Shown here in pieces: positions 31,101 through 38,349 of a stretch of 64,000 nt of DNA. The position numbers and the translations under genes are program-made. The DNA is from Verrucomicrobia bacterium UBA6176 (GTDB lineage Bacteria > Verrucomicrobiota > Verrucomicrobiia > Limisphaerales > UBA9464), in NCBI GenBank assembly GCA_002422905.1, contig DITU01000007.1, forward strand, positions 16,076 through 80,075, read 5' to 3'. The notes under the pieces are model-generated. The model made no database searches. It was not told the DNA's origin and worked only from the letters and a program-made list of their open reading frames with translations. Every line of letters starts with the position of its first letter. The stretch's first letter is position 1.

Positions 31101-31931
31101 CCCGATGGCGCCGTCATCACCGTGGCACCACAACAGGGCGAATGGACGCCGTCCTCCGGCATCTGGCAGGCAAGACGCGATCTCTATGGCGGCTACGGCG
31201 GACCGAAACCCGCCCCCGGCCGGAGCGAAGGTTATGACGCCCCACTGCTCTGGCTGCCGCATGCCGTCGACAACTCCAGCGGTTCCCAGGTCTGGGTGCC
31301 GGAAGACCGATGGGGTCCTCTCGGGGGCCAGATGCTGCACCTGTTGTGGGGTCGCTGCGGGATGTTGCTGGTCCTTCCCGACGGCGCGCATCCGACCTAT
31401 CCCCAGGCCGCCGCGGTTTCCCTGCCCGTCCGTTTCCTCAGCGGACCGAATCGCGGTTCCTTCGATCCCCGTTCAGGTCACCTCTATATCGCCGGCAGCA
31501 CCGGTTGGCAGACCAGCGCGGTCAAGGATGGCGCCGTGCATCGCGTCCGGTTCACCGGCAAACCCGTCACCGTTCCCATCGCCTGGGCCGTGCGTACCAA
31601 CGCCGTTGAAATCGAGTTCGCCGTCCCCCTCGACCCCGGCACCGCCACCGACCCGGGCAGTTACGATCTCAAGGCCTGGAACTATCGATACGCGCAACAG
31701 TACGGATCGAAGGATTGGTCGGTGGAAGATCCCAAACGCGAAGGTCGCGATACCTGGACCATCACCGGCGCCCAGATCCTTTCCGGCAACACCCGCGTCC
31801 TGTTGCAGGTGCCCGGACTGCGCCCCGCCATGCAGGGCGAACTGAAGTACAATCTGGATCGGCCCGATGGCGCACGACCCCTGCGCGGTTCCCTCTGGTT
31901 TTCCATCGGCCAGAACCCCTCGGAAAAGTAG
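28134..31931 (+). CDS. Secreted multidomain protein: xylose-isomerase-like TIM barrel, Pro-rich linker, LamG/concanavalin-like domain, beta-propeller-like C-terminal region
   Basis: Start at MRSHLATLRLLLALVCGSACLAP. The LamG-like block is LTVEAWVRLADPSSFNIIA...CDGQWHHVAAHL...RLFIDGRPV. The C-terminal region has DVTPDGAVFVCTIHGDVWKV...HDHNGDGRADF. Confidence 0.75.
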   Translation: MRSHLATLRLLLALVCGSACLAPLQAALPATGNLALSNLVAWCIVPFDSKKRGPEERAALLESLGIRRLAYDWRAEHIPTFDAEVRALRKRNIDLFAWWFPAALNDEARAILACIERHRIHPQLWITLGTEPEPDPTRLQAKIRQTADSLAPLCQAAARLGCTVGLYNHLGWFGEPANQVAVLDLLRAAGHTNAGCIYNFHHGHAHIDTFASHFKTLQPHLIALNLNGMVWNGDQTGKKIIPLGTGDEELNLLRIVHASGWKGPVGIIGHTDEDAGLKLRKELDGLARLAPLATDPPQPPRPRPAPTPAPTPPAASLLPSPATATVPGRFNSALDARVEGLLLDGLPGFRNPPLTVEAWVRLADPSSFNIIAASEAKSSPTHWELYSYAGSGELSLYSPSASPAEIRSGVPLCDGQWHHVAAHLAPDQVRLFIDGRPVVTQAVRRTSLPDTSPAQFAIGRLVEGGLGCNGWIDEVRISRGLRPINGLPSSPVHADESSLAHWNLDSFPALAATTAPAVGGLRNPPAPARAPGEPPSSGREPGSQAEADWVDNRWQATDVGPFLASNLRLFNGSTLAKGLSVRVGTGSVPAAVAYDTANGSLRAAWTGGFIRFDPARFGLIGTPAPQGTEAFSSYRVPASNWPGHAYRFAGIHHGAGGVVLEHRVDDIRVLELPGLHSSPAGEIFTRTFHIDPHPKPILLRSAAHLRGSRLRSESSIEDLTDGVRTQLQYAIAQDDDIASATAIFGSNVESVESRSTAEGGFSTVRIPANPQPQILTVHLWRGPASREFAFRSHLQQTPPATNPLHAIRPIPVAPAPVITRGQRGADSDFLAVDTLTMPYDNPAKALLFAAGVDVTPDGAVFVCTIHGDVWKVTGVDDSLGELRWHRFATGLFQPLGLKVRNGQVFVLGRDRITRLHDHNGDGRADFLESFHDGIRTSTGGHDYVTSLEKDDAGNFYYVDPAGVHRVAADGSTSETIATGFRNPNGMGVRPDGAVITVAPQQGEWTPSSGIWQARRDLYGGYGGPKPAPGRSEGYDAPLLWLPHAVDNSSGSQVWVPEDRWGPLGGQMLHLLWGRCGMLLVLPDGAHPTYPQAAAVSLPVRFLSGPNRGSFDPRSGHLYIAGSTGWQTSAVKDGAVHRVRFTGKPVTVPIAWAVRTNAVEIEFAVPLDPGTATDPGSYDLKAWNYRYAQQYGSKDWSVEDPKREGRDTWTITGAQILSGNTRVLLQVPGLRPAMQGELKYNLDRPDGARPLRGSLWFSIGQNPSEK

Positions 31932-31934
31932 GCG

Positions 31935-32064
31935 GGCCGCAGATTTCGCAGATTCCGCAGATCATTCGGGAACCGGTAGGTGAAGGCGGACAACCGCAGC
32001 GTCGGAGCCCGTCTGAAAACCCAGACCAAATGCTCCATCTGCGGAATCGGCGTCATCTGCGGCC
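31935..32064. repeat. Inverted pair of atctgcg-type modules (long imperfect hairpin) between convergent genes
   Basis: Arms at 31935-31962 and 32037-32064 are complementary at 25 of 28 positions by hand alignment, with a loop of about 74 nt. Confidence 0.8.
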
Positions 32065-32120
32065 AAACCGACCTCCTCATGTTCAGGAATCGGCGGACAA
32101 CCCAACCCCGTTGGTCGACG

Positions 32121-32534
32121 TCAATCCGCCTTCCACCCGCCCCGACCCTTCTTCCGTTCTGAATTCCGCGACTTGTCCTTGAGGATCCGTTCCTTGGCCG
32201 CCCGGCTCCGGGGACGTTTCGTCCGTCGTGCCTTCTCCACCCGGGATATCTCTTCGAGCCGTTTCGCCTCGCGCACGGCCTCGATCCGGTCCAGCAACTG
32301 GATCCGGGCGAGTTGCCGGTTCCGTCCCTGATAGCGGGTGGTCTGGCACTTCACCTGGATGCCACTGGGCCGATGCAGCAACATCACGCACGTCGCCACC
32401 TTGTTCACGTTCTGGCCCCCGTTCCCGCCCGACCGCGTGAACGTCTCCTCCAGATCCGACTCCAGCACGCCCAACAACGCCATGCGTCGCGCAAGCTGAT
32501 CCTCTTCCCCCGCCTCCACCGGCACCGCCTTCAT
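32121..32534 (-). CDS. arfB: ArfB-like GGQ-domain peptidyl-tRNA hydrolase (class I release factor domain protein)
   Basis: 137 aa from [10 protein letters not shown]. Contains [12 protein letters not shown] (the GGQ motif) and a basic C-terminal tail ([30 protein letters not shown]), as in ArfB/YaeJ. Confidence 0.7.
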   Translation of the reverse strand: MKAVPVEAGEEDQLARRMALLGVLESDLEETFTRSGGNGGQNVNKVATCVMLLHRPSGIQVKCQTTRYQGRNRQLARIQLLDRIEAVREAKRLEEISRVEKARRTKRPRSRAAKERILKDKSRNSERKKGRGGWKAD

Positions 32535-32741
32535 GTCCCCACCCAACCACAGGCCGGCACCGAACGGGAGCCGAATCCTGACAGGCTCCAGGCCTGGAGC
32601 GGCGACAGCCTGTCGCCGGTAGCACGTGGATGGCAACCAACGGTCGCCGATCCACCGGTCGCATTCCCTGCCGGGAGTCGTGCCCGAATGCGCCCCACCC
32701 CTTCCCACCAACCGCAACCCCGGGCAGGCTGTCCCCGCTTG

Positions 32742-33677
32742 ATGCACCTATTCCTACCCTTGCTGGCGGCAATCGCCTTCGCCGCAGGGTCGTTGGTCTA
32801 CAAACGGGCGTTTACTGAAGGCGCCGGCATCGCCCACGCCCTCGTCGTCAACAATGTCGCCCTCGGCATCGCCTTCCTCCCACTCGCCTGGCTCGATCCC
32901 AAACCCATCCCCTGGCATCTCGCCCATCTTCCTGCCCTCACCGCCCTCACCTTCGTCGGCGGCCATCTCATGAATGTCGTCGCCCTCAAGATCGGCGATG
33001 TCTCCGTCGCCTCCCCCTTGCTCGGCGCCAAGGTCGTCTTCGTCGCCCTGGTCGCCCGGCTCGCCTTCGGCTGGCCCGTCACTCCCATCCAGATGATCGC
33101 CGCCGGTCTCACCACCGCCGGTGTCCTTGCCATGGGCCTTGCCGATGCCCATCGCGGCCGTCGCACCGGCGTCACCATCGCCCTGTCCCTCACCTGCGCC
33201 GCCGCCTTCGCGGTCACTGACGTCCTCATCCAGCTCTGGGCCGCCGACTTCGGCGTGTTCAACTTCCTCTCCCTCCTCTTCGCTTCCCTCGCCCTGCTTT
33301 CGCTCCTGATCCTGCCCTTCCTCGGCCGCGAATCCCTCCGCGCACCGCGCGCCGCCTGGAACTGGATCGGCATCGCCACCGCCCTCTCCGCCCTCCAGGC
33401 CATCATCATCACCGGAACCATCGGCTACTGGCGCGATGCCGCCGGGGTCAACATCGTGTACGGCACCCGCGGCCTGTGGAGCATCGCCCTCGTCTGGTGG
33501 GCCGGACGCTGGTTCGGCAATACCGAACGGGCCTCCGTCGGCCCACGCGTCCTCGCCGGGCGCCTCGTTGGCGCCGTACTCATCCTCGCCGCCCTCATCC
33601 TTGCTGTCGTCGGCTCCAAAAACACAGTTGCCGCCAACCCGCCCCCGGCGTATCCACCGCCCATTGAAGGGTGTTGA
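32742..33677 (+). CDS. EamA/DMT superfamily transporter
   Basis: 311 aa from [16 protein letters not shown], with about 10 hydrophobic helices in two halves. The tracked ORF 32313 carries a spurious N-terminal extension antisense to arfB. Confidence 0.7.
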   Translation: MHLFLPLLAAIAFAAGSLVYKRAFTEGAGIAHALVVNNVALGIAFLPLAWLDPKPIPWHLAHLPALTALTFVGGHLMNVVALKIGDVSVASPLLGAKVVFVALVARLAFGWPVTPIQMIAAGLTTAGVLAMGLADAHRGRRTGVTIALSLTCAAAFAVTDVLIQLWAADFGVFNFLSLLFASLALLSLLILPFLGRESLRAPRAAWNWIGIATALSALQAIIITGTIGYWRDAAGVNIVYGTRGLWSIALVWWAGRWFGNTERASVGPRVLAGRLVGAVLILAALILAVVGSKNTVAANPPPAYPPPIEGC

Positions 33678-34365
33678 TTACAAGATCATTGGCGCGGATG
33701 GCCGCGAGTACTCCGCCGGATCCGTCGACGAATTGCGCCAGTGGATCGAGGATCGGCGCGTCGGTCCGGGGACCTGGGTGTGGAACGGATCCGAACAACG
33801 CTGGCAACCGGCCTCCGCCTGGCCCGAGTTCAAATGGGATCTCCCCGCCGCACCTCCCGTCCTTCCAATCGCTCCCCCCGGACCCGTCATCCGGGATGCC
33901 GACTTCCCCCTGCGCGCCGCCGCCTTCGTCGTCGACACCCTCGCGGTGGGCATGTTGTTCAGTTTGGTGACCTTGCCCTGGGCCGACACCTTCAACGCCT
34001 TGCAGGAGGCCATGACCAACAAGCCTGATCTCGGTGTGATCCTCCGCTTCTACGCCCTGTTCCTCGGGACCTTCCTGCCCCTGCGCCTCCTCTACAATGT
34101 CGGCTTCCATGCCGGCACTGGCGCCACCCCCGGAAAGATGCTCTTCGGCCTGCGCGTCGTCCGTGTCGACGGCTCCCCCATCACCTTCCAGCGCGCCCTG
34201 CTCCGCTTCTTCGCCGAGCTCGCCTCCATCGCCGCCTTCGGTTTCGGCTATTTCCTCGCCGCCATGCATCCCGAACGCCGCACCCTCCACGACCTCGTCG
34301 CCGGCACCCGCGTCGTCCGTCGCCCCGTCCACGCTCCCATCGCCGCCGACGAAACCGAATCCTGA
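33664..34365 (+). CDS. GYF_2 (DUF4339)-like N-terminal domain fused to an RDD-family membrane domain
   Basis: YKIIGADGREYSAGSVDELRQWIEDRRVGPGTWVW...WQPASAWPEF, then GATPGKMLFGLRVVRVDG...RRTLHDLVAGTRVV. There is no in-frame ATG near the domain start, so a TTG at 33664 is proposed as the start. Confidence 0.65.
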   Translation: MKGVDYKIIGADGREYSAGSVDELRQWIEDRRVGPGTWVWNGSEQRWQPASAWPEFKWDLPAAPPVLPIAPPGPVIRDADFPLRAAAFVVDTLAVGMLFSLVTLPWADTFNALQEAMTNKPDLGVILRFYALFLGTFLPLRLLYNVGFHAGTGATPGKMLFGLRVVRVDGSPITFQRALLRFFAELASIAAFGFGYFLAAMHPERRTLHDLVAGTRVVRRPVHAPIAADETES

Positions 34366-34433
34366 CCCGTCCCCACCGCCCACCACGGCGACCGGTGGGG
34401 TCGATAGGTTCATCGTCCTCGGTCCGGAAGAAG

Positions 34434-34514
34434 TTTTCACGCGAAGCCGCGAAGAACGCGAAGGAAGTCCTGCTTCCCCCCATTTTCGTGTCGTTCGTGT
34501 GTTTCGTGGTCCGG
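34434..34514 (+). repeat. Intergenic repeat modules: R1 core and ttcgtg-type
   Basis: 34434-34467 ttttcacgcgaagccgcgaagaacgcgaaggaag. 34484-34514 ttttcgtgtcgttcgtgtgtttcgtggtccgg. Confidence 0.8.
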
Positions 34515-34571
34515 AACCCTCAACGATCCGTGCGCTGAGCCTGTCCCTTGGGTAGGACGAAGTCGTTGTTG

Positions 34572-34677
34572 CTCACCACAGAGGACACAGAGAACACAGA
34601 GGGTCGAAGGCCCGACGCGGGGTAAACCGATCCATCCGGGTTCCCGGCTCTGTGAACTCTGTGAACTCTGTGGTGAG
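34572..34677. repeat. Inverted pair of ctctgtg-type modules (long imperfect hairpin) between convergent genes
   Basis: Arms at 34572-34601 and 34648-34677 are complementary at 26 of 30 positions by hand alignment, with a 46-nt loop. Confidence 0.8.
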
Positions 34678-34762
34678 ATATTTCAGGCTTCGGGAGTTCG
34701 CAGACCTGTCTCTTGGAACTGGTCACCCTCCCCTGCTTGGCGCCCGCCCTTTCCCGTCCCCG

Positions 34763-35143
34763 TCACCCGCCCTGCCCCAGCAACAGCGCCCCCACCGGCA
34801 ACGCAATCCCCAACCCCAACGCCAACCAAACCGGCCATTGCGGACGAACCGACCGGAACGCCAACACCAACCCAACCCCCGTCGCTCCCACCAACGCCAC
34901 CGTCATCCCGTGCAACAACCACTGGAACAGCCGGGGCGACGACGGCTCCCGCAACTCACGATCCGTCGGCAGGATCTGGTCGGTGTGGATCACCCGCGAC
35001 TTCTGCACCCACGTTTCCGCTTCGCTCACCGACTTCAACCGGTCCGGATTCACCGTTTGATACCACCCGGTCCCCAGGTAAAAGAGGAGCATCGGGGCAT
35101 ACAGGACCCCCAGATAAAGATGGATACGGCGCAGCAGCTTCAT
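34763..35143 (-). CDS. Hypothetical small membrane protein
   Basis: 126 aa with hydrophobic segments at the N-terminus (IHLYLGVLYAPMLLFYLG) and at the C-terminus. No motif recognised. Confidence 0.45.
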   Translation of the reverse strand: MKLLRRIHLYLGVLYAPMLLFYLGTGWYQTVNPDRLKSVSEAETWVQKSRVIHTDQILPTDRELREPSSPRLFQWLLHGMTVALVGATGVGLVLAFRSVRPQWPVWLALGLGIALPVGALLLGQGG

Positions 35144-35183
35144 GGAGGGATGGTGAAGGATCGGCCTTAATCCGTCCCCTGAT

Positions 35184-35852
35184 TCACTTCACCATCGGGA
35201 TGCGGATCTTCTGCCCGACCCGGATCCGGCGCGCATCCTTGATCTCCGGATTGGCCTTCATCACATGGGGCAACCGGACCTTGAGGCCATGCTCCTTGTT
35301 GTAGGCCTCGATGATCACTCCCAACGTCTCGCCCGCACCCATGACGTGCTCATAATACTCAGCCGGAATCTCCGGTTCAGTCGGGGCGGGCTTGTCGGGG
35401 GCCTTGTCGGGGGCCTTGTCCGGGGTTTTATCCGGGGTCTTGTCCGCCTTGTCCCCGATCTTCACCGGAGGCGTCTTGGAGGGCTTGTCCGGAACCGGCA
35501 CCACCACCGGCGGCAGCGCCTTCAACCGGTCGATCGCATCCAGGATCTGCTGCTTGTCCGAACTCCGGTTCCGATCCACCTCGCGCAATTGCTCGGTCAG
35601 GCGGGTGATCTGTTCCGGCGTGGCGTAATTGCGCGGGGCATTCACCTGGGTGCGCAACGTTTCGTTCTCGTTCTTCAACCGGGCCACATCGTCCCGCAAC
35701 CGTTGGATCGCCGTCCGGAAACTCTCCAGCGCCTCGTCCTGGGCCAGCACCCGGGCGCGCAGTTGCATGAAGTCCTCGGTGTCCACCTCAACCGCAGCGA
35801 GCGGCAAAACCAGCATGGACAAACCCACCAGAACGGAAATCGGGCGCTTCAC
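35184..35852 (-). CDS. LysM-domain protein with a coiled-coil region and a (DKxP)n linker
   Basis: C-terminal LysM-like YEHVMGAGETLGVIIEAY...IRVGQKIRIP. A GTG start at 35852 gives the signal-like VKRPISVLVGLSMLVLPLAA. The tracked start is 36050. Confidence 0.65.
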   Translation of the reverse strand: MKRPISVLVGLSMLVLPLAAVEVDTEDFMQLRARVLAQDEALESFRTAIQRLRDDVARLKNENETLRTQVNAPRNYATPEQITRLTEQLREVDRNRSSDKQQILDAIDRLKALPPVVVPVPDKPSKTPPVKIGDKADKTPDKTPDKAPDKAPDKPAPTEPEIPAEYYEHVMGAGETLGVIIEAYNKEHGLKVRLPHVMKANPEIKDARRIRVGQKIRIPMVK

Positions 35853-36038
35853 GATCCCAAGGCTAGAAATCCACCCCCCGTGCGGCAAGCCACGAGTGGA
35901 AACTTCCTCGGGCGCACATCGGAAAGGAAACCCAGCCGTGCCCATTCTGAGAATGCAGCAGTCATTCAGGGCAACTCGTCGACTGCACCCAAGCCCGTCC
36001 ACATCCCAAAGGGATGGATGCCGGTAGCCCGGGCGTGA

Positions 36039-36410
36039 GCGAAGCGACACCCCGGGTGCCGGTCAAAAAGGTGAATCAACCCCGGAGGGGTTGCAGCCGG
36101 GGTAGGAGCCTGTCCCCGGAGGATCCTTTGCCGCCCCGAAGGGGCATCCATTCCTCAGCCCGGCGCAACGCGCTGGGTTGAACCCTCAAACCTTTCCACG
36201 CCCTGAAAGGGCAAGACCAACCCTCGTGCCATCTCCTTCTGATTTCCCGAGCCTGTCCCTTAGTACGTTGCCGGAAAAGGTTTCACGCGAAGCCGCAAAG
36301 AACGCGAAGAAGACAGGGGACGGCACCGGTGCCTTCCGAAGTTGTTGGCGAGCACGAGGGGTCGCACTCCGTGTGCCGATGAGTTCGTACTCGTACTCGT
36401 ACTCGTTCAC
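36039..36410 (+). repeat. Intergenic repeat mosaic: family-H hairpin repeat, gagcctgtccc motifs, R1 core, actcgt-type module
   Basis: 36039-36093 gcgaagcgacaccccgggtgccggtcaaaaaggtgaatcaaccccggaggggttg, which resembles 58078-58130. R1 core at 36279-36314. cgtactcgtactcgtactcg at 36384-36410. Confidence 0.8.
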
Positions 36411-36469
36411 GCAATCTCCCCATTCCCGCTCCAACAACTTCGGGATGCACAAACGAAGCGCTCCTATGC

Positions 36470-36600
36470 CAATGGACTGTTGGCAACGGAAGAGGGTCCG
36501 TGGTCCACTGACACCGTGGCTTGGGATTACAACAATGCCCGCATGCACAGCGCCCTTCGACCTCAGCAGATCGCCACTCGATGGTGGACCAACAACCATG
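36470..36600 (+). pseudogene. Remnant of the C-terminus of a DDE (rve-type) transposase/integrase
   Basis: One frame reads ...VAWDYNNARMHSALRPQQIATRWW..., resembling the conserved W-x-x-Y-N-x-x-R-x-H-S-A-L tail of IS3/IS481-type integrase cores. No upstream catalytic domain is present. Confidence 0.35.
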
Positions 36601-36706
36601 CGTGGGATGCCTTGCATCGGTCTGAAGACGGCATGCTGCTGCAGGAGCAGAACACCGGGACGCCGCCGATAACTTCTGGCTAAACCATGATCCCCGCATC
36701 TGAATT

Positions 36707-37078
36707 ATGAAGGCCCTTCTGCTCCTGATACTGATCGTGCTCACCCCATTTTTGTGGGGTTGCGAAAAGGCCAAGACTCCTACAGGCAAGATCCATTTTG
36801 CGCTAGGATCGAAGTTATTTGAGCAGGAAGCCTATGCTGCAGCGGCTGAGGAGTATCACAAGGGGGTACTCCTGGGCTCGGCAGTGTGCAGGAGGGGTGA
36901 GCTGGTCTCACTTATAATGGCTTCCGGTGGAACAAACACCGTTTTCCTTGCCAAGGCAAAGGCATCGATGGAGCTGGCACGTTCTTCCGGTGAGACGGGG
37001 GCCGAGGATGCGTATCATACATGGCTAAGGCATGTAGGGGCCGAAGATTGGGAGAAGACGTTGAAATCAGAGCCCTGA
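36707..37078 (+). CDS. Small lipoprotein (possible single TPR-like helix pair) in the low-GC islet
   Basis: 123 aa. Lipobox LTPFLWGC and a TPR-like ALGSKLFEQEAYAAAAEEYHKGVLLG. Local GC is clearly lower than the surroundings. Confidence 0.55.
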   Translation: MKALLLLILIVLTPFLWGCEKAKTPTGKIHFALGSKLFEQEAYAAAAEEYHKGVLLGSAVCRRGELVSLIMASGGTNTVFLAKAKASMELARSSGETGAEDAYHTWLRHVGAEDWEKTLKSEP

Positions 37079-37236
37079 AAAGCTGTCTGAAACCAATGAG
37101 AACTGAGGAGGGCAAGGGAGGGCATGCGAAAAGAACGAAGTCACGCCCCCCTTCTTAGGGAACTGCACCTGGAACAATGATCGAATCAATTGCCCAAGCT
37201 TTGGACGCGTCCCGATTCGACCTCTGAGTCAAACCC

Positions 37237-37596
37237 ATGAAAACATGGCCAATCATTGGCGAAGGCGGGGAGGCGGTTGCCTTTGAGGTAAGCATGTTAC
37301 AAAGTTCCCTGACTAGAATCAGGAACATCATTCAGTCCAATCCAGACGCCTCTCGAATCACTTGCCGCCCCAGGTTCAGTGGTTCTGAAATTCACATCTC
37401 CTTCGAGTATCGTGGCGCGGAATACGCCGTATGGGAACCGTTTGGTGACAATAGTAGGTACTGGATCACCCCGGTGAACAGCGCGCCCAACCCTGTAGAT
37501 GTTGCGAGTTTGCGAGGATATTTTGACTCCTACCCGCCCTCCCTGCGAGAGCGGATGTTTGGATGGGCCGAAAGGGACATATTTGGTCGGTTATAG
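37237..37596 (+). CDS. Hypothetical cytoplasmic protein in the low-GC islet
   Basis: 119 aa with no signal peptide and no recognised motif. Its amino-acid composition looks like a real protein rather than an Arg/Pro/Gly-rich GC artefact. Confidence 0.45.
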   Translation: MKTWPIIGEGGEAVAFEVSMLQSSLTRIRNIIQSNPDASRITCRPRFSGSEIHISFEYRGAEYAVWEPFGDNSRYWITPVNSAPNPVDVASLRGYFDSYPPSLRERMFGWAERDIFGRL

Positions 37597-37657
37597 ATTT
37601 TTTCCACCTCCACCAAACAAGATTTCAACCCGAGCTCTGGTATCAGAGTAGGACGCA

Positions 37658-38026
37658 ATGGGGTCAGTCCCATACTGTTGACAAATGTCTATCCTGTTGG
37701 AGGCCTTTTCCCGGGCTCGACCTTTTGCGGATTCAGGTGTCGGACGGAGCGGACAACGTGATGGGTCGTGGCCGCGGCGGACCAAGCATCTACCACGATG
37801 ACGTGGATCGGCGCCGGTTACTTGGGTGGGTTTCTGAGCCACAAGAGCGTTGCGGCCGTCCCGTCATTGGCAGGGGAAAACGGGGGCTTGGTGACCATGA
37901 CTCAAGTAACCGCAATGGAGCGATGTTGAGGGTCTCGACAGCAGTTTCTGGGACATCCTGACACCCACTTCACCGCTCAAACCCTCTCCGGGATTTTCCC
38001 CATCGGACATTTATCCTTTACAGAGC
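37658..38026 (+). repeat. 369-bp duplicated non-coding element, copy 1 (candidate structured RNA or mobile/regulatory element)
   Basis: Direct repeat of 39022-39389 with about 20 differences by hand alignment. Contains a nested hairpin whose 13-bp outer stem pairs 37815-37827 with 37890-37902. Confidence 0.85.
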
Positions 38027-38349
38027 ATGAAATCAATGGGGTCGGCTGGCCGTGCCCCACTGGGAAACAGCTCTCCTCCCTGGAAACAGCGCTCTTGGGA
38101 GTTTTCAGACGGGCTCCGAGGATGACACCAACCAAAGCGAGTACAAAGCGACCTGGACATCGGACGATGCCAAAGCCCTGCTGGCCGATTGTCAATATTA
38201 CGGAACTGACCCCATTGCCTCCTCCTCCCGTCAACGGACCCAAAGCCCACTTGACGTGCCGGTTCCATCGCCACAACGTGCAAAAACATAAATCAATTCG
38301 CGAAAACAGAACGCTGATTCTTATCAAGACAATTCAATTATAATCCCTG

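Noticed and set aside
36186-36789. The ORFs 36186..36617 (-), 36283..36789 (-) and 36178..36672 (+) in the spacer before the islet.
   Set aside because: They read through the R1 core and actcgt modules (peptides such as VFFAFFAASRETF and EYEYEYE), so they are repeat-derived. Only the short integrase-like frame is retained, as a pseudogene.
37786-37806. The variable patch between the 369-bp copies considered as a diversity-generating retroelement TR/VR pair.
   Set aside because: The substitutions are not restricted to adenines of one copy (both a->g and g/t->a occur), the patch is non-coding, and there is no reverse transcriptase in the window.
37563-37961. ORFs lying over the 369-bp repeat (37563..37961, 39042..39323, 39061..39291) considered as a duplicated small protein.
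   Set aside because: A 1-nt indel between the copies shifts the frame, so no reading frame is conserved across both copies. The translations are Arg/Gly-rich.
38052-38291. The 79-aa ORF between repeat copy 1 and the PEP-CTERM gene.
   Set aside because: It spans the motif-bounded 186-bp segment, and part of its sequence is simply the reverse-complement motif (QYYGTDPIA). There is no independent support for it, so it is kept only as a caveat in the MITE-like finding.
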